From contig NC_047065.1 in assembly GCF_902459465.1 (NCBI RefSeq), positions 1,612,001-1,676,000 of the forward strand: 64,000 nt of DNA. The letters run 5' to 3'. The DNA is from Asterias rubens (lineage: Eukaryota). The translations under genes were made by a program, and so were the position numbers. How positions within the stretch are numbered: position 1 is the stretch's first letter; each line of letters opens with the position of its first letter. The notes under the pieces are model-generated. The model searched no databases and had not been told where the DNA came from. It was given only the letters and a program-made list of their open reading frames with translations. Of the stretch, positions 11,710 to 22,090 are shown one piece after another.

Positions 11710-14696
11710 TCACAACTGACTTGGAAGACTCTTCGAAAGCTGAATTCTGTAATCACTAACGGGATATGAAATATGCTGGTCGTCATTTCCCCAGCGATGT
11801 TGCATCCTTGGGCGAACAGGATTCACGATCATCGACGTCAAGCAGTAGCTGAGGGCACCCTCATTAGGGTTCCACGGCTGGGCAAATGTGAAATAAATAG
11901 CAGGGCTGATCGGTGAGATGTGGTTGTTGGGTAGGAGTCCTGCTGGTTCATTTCTAAACGTGGGTTTGTTGACAATGAAGTGCTTTAGCCTTTGCTCGAA
12001 CATCTCGTTATCAAAGACCATGACTTCGCTGTTCCTCTCTAGTTTGTACGGAACAAAGTCATCCATTCTCCCTTCAGCGATCGGTCCTTTCTCTGTACTC
12101 CACCAGAAAACTTTACTTTGACAATGTCGAGTCGCATAAACATTTCCCATATCATCACATCGAAGATACAGGCTGAAAATGACAAGAAAGAAAAAGCAAA
12201 CCCTTCATATTTCATTTGTCCTTTTTCTTGTGAAGCCAAGGACTCTCAGAAAAGTGAACTTAATCACTGTACTAGCCAAGAACCCAATGGAGAGAAGACA
12301 ATGAAGGGAATATCAGTTTTATATGTGGGAGGAGAACCCCAGGAACTATCCTAAGGAAAACCCATGCACTCAGGTAGGGACTGAAAACCCAATCTACATG
12401 GTGCCCCCGGTGAGTTTCGACGCGGGTCCTGGAGGTGAAAGGCGACCCTTGTACAAAATCAGATCTACCTACCCATTTTCTAGAGCTTTCAGAATTTGCA
12501 TGGTGCACTTGAACTGAACATCTGTCATTCTTTTCTTCACATTGACTGCAATGCCTGGGAACTCCACTCTTGTAGGCACAGCCTCTCCCGAGTCAAACTG
12601 CGAAGGTTTATTATGGTAGACGAGGCAGCCATTTGGGTTATTGACATATTCTCTGACCACCTCTTGAGAACGATAGCGTAGCCGAATCAACAGCTCCTTT
12701 CTTGAAAGTTGTTCAAGTGTCAGTGCCGGTGTCTTTTCTCTTGATGCATTCCTTGTTTCTGGAGAATTCAGAGCCACCTCAGCGATATTGCCTGTTGAAG
12801 AAGTTGGTAGCAGCAGCGAGTCTTTCCTAAGGGATCCCTGATTGGTAAAACTCGGCTCAGGAACAATCCCTGAAATCATTGCAAACGGATTCCCAACTGG
12901 AACTGTTGGAGCAATATCTTGAGAAAAAAATTGATAACAAGAACAGTTTCACAATCTTGAACAATGAAAATGTGCGCAAGTGTACACACAACTCATTTGT
13001 TTTAACGAGTGAAAGGTCTTCCTTTGACTTCATTGAGGGCGCTATTTAGGCTTTTGATGACATATGCTAGGGGTCTGTTTAAAATAGTTAGACAAACAAC
13101 ACTGTAATGTTTGTTTTAAAAACCTTACCATAGCTATCAGAAGGTGATAGTCGAGCATTGTCCATCCATAGACTTGTACCAGTCTCCATCGGCGATTCAT
13201 TCTGATTGATCTGTCCAAAGACATCATTGATGAAGTCTAGATCTAGTGTGGAAAAACAGAGACTATTTCAAGTTTATCTTAAATCTTGTACCATTGAGAA
13301 ACAAGAGTGTTGAATTGTTGACATGTTGACATTATGGTATCACACTGGAAACAACAATATTTCTTTATTGTCAAATTCACAGTATTTTGGACTAAGTCCA
13401 GGGGCCAATTTCATAGAGCTGCTTAAGCAAAACAAAACATGCTAAGCACAACAAAATTATGCTCACCAGGATAAGGTTACCAGCCAAACTACCATGTCAC
13501 ATGTACCATTTGTGATTGGTATCCACTCATCTCTGCTTAGCGGAGATGTGTTTTTAAGCAGTTCAATGAAATTGGGCCCAGGGCTCATCCACAATGGTAT
13601 GAGACATGGGTCTAGGACTCGGACTCGTTCCCAACTAACTCAAAGTTTTACTAAAAGACATCAGACTCGACTTTTATGACTCCGACTTCATACTTATTTA
13701 ATTTATCCCCCCCCCCAAAAAAAAATTCTCAGAATATCATGCTAAACCCATAACTTCAATGCTTATTCTTAATTTGAGAGGAACCAAAATATTTCAATGC
13801 AAGTTGATACCGAGAAGTATATTCACCAACCTAGCATTGGTAGCGTCTGTTCTTGTCCATTCTCGTTAGGAATCTGTCCGGAGAAAATACAAACAAATGA
13901 ATGGCCTGATGACCAAGGCTGGGGCTTCCTTGAAGACAATGACAATTAATTAAATTATACCTGTTCATGTTGGTTGTATTTCTTTAGCCTTCAAGAAAGA
14001 CTCTGCTACTGCTAGGGTTGAAACCTCATTTAATTACATCAACAAAAAATTGTAGCTTTCAAATTTTTTTGAACTTACCGTGGGCAAAAGCATCTGGTCA
14101 AAATCATCATCAGGGACACCATAGGAGGATGAAAGTCCCACTGGTTCTTCAAAAGGCAATTTGAAGAAAAAAAGAAATTTAAACTTGGGTGCAAGTAAAG
14201 GGCAAGGCAAAGGCAAGGGCAAGTGCAAGTAAAGGGCAAGGCAAGTGCAAGGGCAACGACTGATTATAATAAAACAGCAATGTAGCTGCTCAACATTGCA
14301 CCACATTTTTAAGTTAAAGTTAAAAGCTCCATCAAGCTAACTGCATTTTACTCATTTAAAAAATACAGCACCTCAGCAATTCGTATTTTTGATGGAAGCT
14401 TTCTACCATCATTATCTTCAAATCGTGTAAGTTTAAAGTGTAAATGTGTGGATATTGGATTTTGTGTCCTACAAAAAATAAACAGAGTTCTGTGAAGAAA
14501 ACAAATTACACAAGCAAATGACTCGGGTGGGATTCGAACCAAAATGTCTTGGCTTACCTGTTATGCTCCTCATAATAGGAGGCAACCCAAGGTCATCCAG
14601 CATCTCATGTTGCTTGTCGAGCAAACCTTGAAGAGAGTTCGTTGCTAGACTAGTTGGAAACATGTTCACTGGGGAAATGTTCACCCTTGCAGGCAT
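11710..14696 (-). CDS. IRF-like protein B: tandem paralog of A, IAD only; 6 coding exons, 423 aa
   Basis: Exons (minus): 14558-14696 (MPARVNISP...MRSIT), 14079-14146, 13831-13873, 13129-13242, 12473-12917, 11710-12172. All are GT-AG, phases join, total 1272 nt. IAD motifs: KELLIRLRYRSQEVVREYVNNPNGCLVYH, VEFP, QILKALENGLYL, GNVYATRHCQSKVFW, KLERNSEVMVFD, IYFTFAQPW, CLTSMIVNPVRPR, RIQLS. The exon phase pattern matches gene A, including an identical-length 43-nt micro-exon. Confidence 0.85.
12305..12460 (-). mobile_element. SINE-like dispersed repeat (copies at about 26105-26235 and, opposite strand, about 43085-43240)
   Basis: Shared block GGAAACCCATGCA.TCAGGTAGGGACTGAA.ACCC.AATC.ACATG in all three loci. 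Confidence 0.55.
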
Positions 14697-15941
14697 TGAA
14701 GGCTAAAAACCAACTGGTGTACAAAAAAGAAAAGTTTTAGTCCATAAATCACTGAGTTCTACTTACCAATTCAAATTGTCCTGCAATTTTATCTTACATT
14801 CTATGCACAATCTTTGTCTCCAATGACAATGAAATTATAGACTTGTGGACAAGTTGTTTTTAAAATGTTTGTCGTGATGGTAGCGTTCCGACTTTTTACT
14901 CGATTTACTTGTGACAGTGGCAATGTTCTCAGAAGATAGTTACAATAATCGGAGCTTTAAAATTATTGTGCCACTTCACAAGACTGCTTTCCCCCGCGAG
15001 ACTAATGCATCGCAACTATTGAGAGCAGTCATAAGCCAGCAGACTCGTATGAGGGCAGTGATTTTGCGAGAGCAGTCTTTGATCGCTGAAAGCTAGCTAC
15101 TGAGTGTAATTTTACAGTAAAACAACAACACAATCTTAAAGATTGATATTATAAATAGAATAAAATAAAAATAAAAAGTAATACAAATGATTTTTCATTC
15201 ACTGATAACTATGGAAAATGTTGATCGAGCAAGATGAATGTGATGATGAATTATTGAAGTATTTTACAAAAAGAATCATGACATAAACTTACCCACACCC
15301 AGCAACTGCCCAGTGGAAAACGGAAGAGACGTAAATTTGTGAATCAGTGTAGCGCTAGAGCAGGTGAAAACAGTAATTTATAGAGAAAAAAACACTGAGT
15401 GAATCGACGATATAATGATAGAGCTAGAGAATTCTGCATGGCATGTGCTAGCGCAGCAGTTAGAATGAATGTGGTCTGAGTGTAGGATTTGTAAATAAGG
15501 AAATGACTCACTGTGTTAAAAACAAGTGTTTCGTAATGTTGGCATTTGGAACCAAAAATCCTGCATACTTCACCCACTACACTACCTCCATGCTCCGCTT
15601 AGCTGTTTGCAACATTCATAACGTAATCTCGCAGGCGGGGGAAACACAACGATGACACATCACACCAGAGCGGATGTTATTTTGGGAGTCAGAGAAAAGC
15701 TTGAGCGTCAAAAGCGGGTAACGTGTAGTTCATGCATTTGTTGTTTTGTGGTTTTATTTAATTTTTGAACAAAAAATGTATCTTCTTGTCTTACAGTTAT
15801 AAATTCAGGGTAGCAACATAGTTGTTGATGTTCAGAATATTGCTGAAAGTGTGCAATTTATTGCAACTTTGTTGTTGTTATTGTCTGTCACCAACTACAT
15901 AGTACTTAAAATTCTGTTTTTAGTATTAGGCAACGTCTTCC

Positions 15942-15951
15942 GGGATTCCCC
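15942..15951. promoter_or_regulatory. Consensus NF-kB site upstream of IRF-like gene B
   Basis: GGGATTCCCC (minus strand GGGGAATCCC) fits GGGRNWYYCC and lies about 650 bp upstream of the putative 5' UTR exon donor at 15288-15292. Confidence 0.4.
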
Positions 15952-16294
15952 CTTTCTGAGTGTTTTGAAGAGGGCGCCCTCTAATGTGTTGACTTCTAGA
16001 AAAACATCAAGGGTACAGAGAGAGGTATCGAATTCGAGGAATTTGTTCTTCTTCATGAATTCCATTCTATCAGTATATTTCAGTGGGATCAGCGCTGGAA
16101 CTGACAAACTGCAGTAAAAACTTAATCTTGAGGAAGTGTGTTTTTGAATTGAAGCCAAACTTTGAAGTTAGAATACTCAATTGAATTAACTATAAAAGAA
16201 AAGGTGTAAAGCAATTGTTTGAGCCTAGTTGTTACCCTGAACCTAACTTCAATAAAAAAGTTTTGTACATGCGAAGGTTTTACCTCTGATTGGC

Positions 16295-16574
16295 TAACAC
16301 CTGTTTCAGACAGACGCTCTAGAGTCGGGCCGAACCAAATTCTGAATTAAGAACATGACAAGTTCGACGTCTCAAACAGTTAGGAGCGACTGGATGTGCT
16401 AGAAGTCAAAAGATCGACTGTTTCAGACGTCGATCTTGTCATGAGCCAAGCCTTATGTAAATGTTATGTTCAGTTTGCCTGTTTAAAACCAAAATTTAAT
16501 TGGGTCGACCCAGAGTCGCCCCTAATCTATTTGGTTTGGAGCGACTCTGGAGCACCTGTCTCAAACAGGTGTAA
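16295..16574. mobile_element. MITE between IRF-like gene B and the cyclin E 3' end
   Basis: Inverted termini TAACACCTGTTTCAGACAG..GCTCTAGAGTCG / CGACTCTGGAGC..CTGTCTCAAACAGGTGTAA, plus internal inverted repeats. Confidence 0.65.
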
Positions 16575-19500
16575 TATGCTTCTGGAAACTTTCTGAACTT
16601 CGACCTCAACTTGGGACAAAAAGAAGTAAATGGTAGACTTGATGGACAAGCAAAACGGCTCTCTCACAACTACCTAGCTAGTTTAGACCATAGTCGTAAG
16701 AGCATAGTCTTGCGAGATAGTTGTGAGAGCGGTTTCATCACCTGAAAGATATTCAACAACTTGTCCACAAGTCTAAAGGTTAAGTAGAGTTTGTTAACAC
16801 CCCAAGAAAAAAACCCACCATGAGACATCACAAACTTTAATTATGAAGAAAAACATACCCAGTAGTACAGTCAAAGTAAAGTTGAATTCGTTATTTTATT
16901 TCAAAGCACCAACATACTCTCTTACTTGGTACAAAAATTCATAATCAACGGTATAAAAAATGAACAATTTATACAATATCAAAAATGAGGACAAACTTAT
17001 TAACATAATTAATTAAAATTAAGTTAAGGGAAAAGTATAATCCCTCACTTAAAATTTTGTCTAAATAACAAAATATCACACCACTTGCATTATCATAAAA
17101 TAAAACACCTTTCAATGATTCTGAACTCAAATTATGAAGATTAATATCAAGTTTAAAATTGAGAAATTGCAAAATATTTCACATAAACATTGTTAAAACA
17201 ATTAAAAAGAAAAACAATACGAGAAATAAAAATAAATATACAGGTTTTCTACTCTAAGTCCAAGGTGATTTTTGCCAAGTCCATTATGGTCAAACTTTGT
17301 CAAAATAACACTTTTTGAGAAGATATTCGAGAAAAAAAAAAAACCTGCACTCATGTGAATAAACAGAGCCCTGGCTCGAAATATTTAGCATCTACAATTA
17401 ACCATTATTAATCAGTAATAAAAGCCCGGTTCATACTTCCTACGAATGCAATATGAACTTTGACATCAGATCAGAGGGCCGTTTTTGCAGCGAATGTTTC
17501 ACATGAGTTCAGCACAAGTCAACTGATGCAAATTATTTGTTGAGAATTTGTTTTGTCCAAATTTGTATGGCGTTCGCAGGAAATGTGAAGCGGGTTTAAG
17601 AAAGCAAACTTCTTTATAACTGTCCCTTTGCATTGTGTTTCCCTGGCAACATAAATACTTTACACTGTACAGATAGTTCCACACTAGAAATAGTCTTTGA
17701 GTTCTTTTATAAAGACCTATACAGTACACCTTTATTTAAAAAAAAAACACCCCCAAAAACAAAACGTCAACAATCTTGTTTCAAATCAATCGACCAAAAA
17801 ATAATAATAATAATACTAATTTTCAAGTCCAGAAATAAGTGATTTGGGGAGAAATGGTGAACTTGATTTTAATGCAGGCATTATATTTGGTCTTTGAAAA
17901 AAAGAATTGAAAATTTAATTGATTACAAGTGTTGACCTACATGTACGTACATATGGTGCAAGCCTTAGAATACTTTTCATGATATTTAATCCAAAATTTT
18001 CTGATTTTTCCCAAGGGCAAAAATAAAATAAAATTGGAGTACGAAAAATATCATGCCTGTTTGATCTCTTTCTTTCAGCATATTACATTCTTTTTAAACA
18101 ATTAAAAATTCTAAGTACTTTAAAATTTAATTCAATATTTTGAACTGTTTCTTGTAGAGTACCCCTGAAGTCTTTTGACACTGGGTTAAATATTTAAGTG
18201 CTGATCAATTACAGAGAAGGCACAAATGTTTTTTCGTTAGATACAATTTCATAGCAAAACTTTACAGACCCTTTGAATTATGACGCCACTAGCTCAAACA
18301 CTGCCCTCACCGAGGTTAAAGGAAGACTTATCATTGGTTGAGAGTTGTGCAGTGTCAATCTCATAACTTTCTTTAAAAACACATTCATTATAATCAGCTT
18401 CAAATTCTTATTTTTTAAGTAAACAAATTCTAATCATTCGTTTTTAAAGGGTCTATGTACTTTTTCCTTACATAAAACACAATGTCCACAGATTTACATT
18501 AAACTGACACAGTTTGAAGATTATGATAGTAGAAAGCTTCCCTTGAAATTTTACTTTCTGAGGTGCTGTATTTTTGAGAAATGAGTAAAACAAATAATTT
18601 TCGTCTCAGTTTTAGCATGTAAAATGTTTTACCCATTTCTCAAAAACTACAGAACCTCAGTTCGTAATATTTGAAGGGAAGCTTTCCACTATCCTTATCT
18701 TCAAACCCTGTGAGTTTAATGTAAATCTGTGTACATTTTGAAAAAGTACCCAAATCCTAGAGCATTCACAACTAAAGGGAAAACAGAAATCAACAATTCT
18801 CAACCTTTTTCCATTTTCTTACCGTCATGTCCGCCGAGAAACATTAGCATTTAAAACCAAAACTCTAATAGAAACTTTCTGTACAACACGACAATAAATA
18901 TATATATTACACACAGCATTAACGTATACGTGTACATAAAAAGATTAGTGCATTAATACTTAAATACCTCAGTCATCAACGCTCTTAGTGAATGAGTTGC
19001 CTGAACTTTAAAAGCGCCTTGGAAAGAATTAAATAGTCTGGAAATTTGGAATGTAAAATTATTAAATAATGTTATAGTTTCAGGGGAAAAGAAAATGTTC
19101 GGGCAGAGCTTGAGCTTCATTTAAGATAACATTAAAAAAATCAAACAAAATCTCAAACAAAATGGATGGCTGTATGTGGATACCCTGTCACACCATCATG
19201 TATCACAAATAACAAATAAAAAATCCTAAAAAAAGTCCTGTATTTTTCTGTTTTTTTTTTTTAACAACTGTCCCAAATCCTCCAAAATCCCATTCCGGAA
19301 GTTGTCTGACTTTGTAGGATTCAGAACAATAAGTCAAATAAAAATTGCTCATCATTGGAATAAACAGACCCTATCTTATTAAAGTTGAAACAAATTGGGC
19401 ATTGAGTTACCAAAGACCGGTGGATTTCGGAGGGCTTGAGAGGGTCTTAAGCCAAACATACTGGGGTTTAGAAATACAACTGGAAAAACTTAATTTTACC

Positions 19501-20988
19501 GATAAATACTGGCACTTATAATCATTTTCAGAACTTGAATAGAAATAACCCATTGTAGTTCAATGCAGTTTTAAAAACTGATGCAGATAGTCTGGTCCCG
19601 TTTTACAATATTATAATTTGTATTGTAGCATTGTTGATGGGAATATGGGGAACCTGACTAAGATATCTTCAAAATAGTTTATATTAAATTAAATAAATTT
19701 GTCAACTGGTGCAACTCCTTCAGCCTGTTATTGCAAACATGGTTTGCTTTAAGAAATTCAGTATTTACAATTATCACACGTACATTTAAAATGGTTTGAT
19801 ATATTATTTGGAAGCTACAGATATTATATTCAACCACAAGAGGGCGCTACAGTTATATTTGAGAGGAGGGAGTAAGGCAAGAAGCACATTTTACAACCAT
19901 TCGGAAATCGTTAAAACTATTTGAAAGTAATCGTTTCTGGGTTTTTGAAGAATGTCTGGGAAAAATAATACATGTCAGTAAAGAAATTGTTTTTTGTTTT
20001 TTGTTGTAGAAATGTACTGTGTAAATATGGGATCGAGTGGAAAATATAATTTCATGACACGACCTTTACGATGTCCTTTTTGGTAAAATCCTGCATTAGC
20101 GTCAGCTCTGGCCATCTTGTTAAATGCCACTAGCAGTCGCTACAAAGAATTTCTAAAACGTTGACTTTAGTTGCCTTTTACCCCATTTCCTTCCTAAATA
20201 TAATATACACGCTTTTGTGGTTGAGAATAAGTTATATTGTGTAGTATCCTTCAATAAGCACATTATTTTTTTTTTTTTTAATATTTTTTTATATCAATTT
20301 TCAACTCAGAGACAATGAAAAATGTACAGTTATTTGGTAAACCTTTTTTTCTCGGTAACAGTTGCTAGAAAAGAGTATAAAACACTTATTTTGAAACTGA
20401 CATGACGAAATGATGGAAATTTACAAACAGCCTAGTGTCCCTTGCAGGGCACAATTGTCTTATACATACATTACCCGTTTTAAATTTGAAGGAAAAACAA
20501 ATTAAAAACTTCAAAAAGAATTTATGAGAGCTTTTTTCATTGTAAACGAACTACAGTCAACTTAAAGCTACACATAGAGGTGAAGAAAAAAAAAAAAAAC
20601 CTTGACAGTCATTTTTCGCAAACCTTTTGATCATATTTCAAAAGTTTGATTTGACAGTATTAGAATATATCTTGTTCTGGAAATTTCATTGTAAATGCAT
20701 ACTTGGTCATTGAGATATGGACCAAATTTCATAAAGCTGTTAAGCAGAAAATACTTCTTAACCAATTTCTTCGCTAAGCAAAAATAGAGAGGGGCATCAG
20801 TCACAAAAATGTAAACTTAATATAATTTTGGCTGGTAAAATGTTTCTGCTATAAAGCAATACCTTTCTGTGCTTAGCGAGTTTTTTTTAGCTTCCAGTCT
20901 TTATGAGATCTGATAGTTTAAAAATGGCATGTGGTAAACCTGTTTTCCTAGGAACGGACTTATTCCATCCACTGTAATCTACAGCCTG

Positions 20989-21310
20989 GAGCAAGTTCGA
21001 GTGTGCACAATGGTTAACTAAAGGTTGACCATTTTGACTCGAACCCAGGCTGGTCGACCATTGGTTGACTACTGTGGTCGACCATTTGGAACCAGCCTCG
21101 AGCCCATGGTTTTTTCACTGGTCCCAACAGCATGTTCCATTCTAACATGTGTTTTATCGCAGAGGGGAACCAGTGACACTTTAGCGAAAAGAGGTGGAAG
21201 GTTGACTAAACTACCAAACGAGTCGTTCGGATGAGAACGTCACTGCGCATGTGCGTTGCTAGTCTGTGGTCGACCACTGGTGGACTAAATGTGCGCACTC
21301 GAACTTGCTC
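20989..21310. mobile_element. Harbinger-like MITE downstream of the cyclin E stop codon
   Basis: TIR GAGCAAGTTCGAGTGYGCACA at both ends, CTG duplication at 20986-20988 and 21311-21313. Confidence 0.75.
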
Positions 21311-22090
21311 CTGATTTGAAGGGAACAAGCATGCTTTGTGTTTTACATGCGTTGCTGGTGTGTATTTTCATATTAGTGGATTGCACAATACACACTATGC
21401 ATAATAGACACATGAGCTTCCAAGATTTCAATTTCTTTGTTGAGAGATCGCCTAACATCACATGACCAGGACCCAATATCATGGCTCTGCTTACCGCCAA
21501 TTTCTGCACTTACGATCATGATTCCCCATTTACGTGCAAGCGCAGAATTTCTGCGCTAGCCTTGTAGGCGTAGAATGCCTAGTAATGTGGAGTACGCACG
21601 CGCAGAAGTCAAATTTTGCTGCTAACCTGTGAAATACGCTTGACGTAAGCACAGAATTCCCTGCTTCCGTAAGCGCCGATTCTGTGCTTAGAGTAAACAG
21701 AGCCATGAAATTTGGTCCTAGTGTACACTCTAACATGAGAGCTACACTTAACTGATTTCGGCATCGACCCAAATCAATTGTCACCAGGGAGTTGTTGCTA
21801 CCTTCTCCTGGGGCTGAAACAGTAATACCCCCTTCATAGTCCATAAGGATGTAGGCATGGGTATCATAGGAGCCTGGCTGGTATATAACAATCTTCTTTA
21901 CAAGTCTACCAACTTGTCTCTTCTTCCAATTTACATTGATTTGACACAAAAGAACTAATTTACTTCATGAAAAAGCGTATCATAAAGTAACGACATTGAT
22001 GGATTATTTTAATCAGCAGCTTTGTGACGAAAAAGAAGAAGAAAAACACCCGTAAAAGTTAAGCGTGAAAATGATAAGGCAAACCTGGTT

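Noticed and set aside
15895-16158. Minus-strand 87-aa ORF with an acceptor-like site as the missing IRF DNA-binding exon of gene B
   Set aside because: No tryptophans or IRF DBD motifs, ends in a stop with no usable donor, and resembles no family I recognise.
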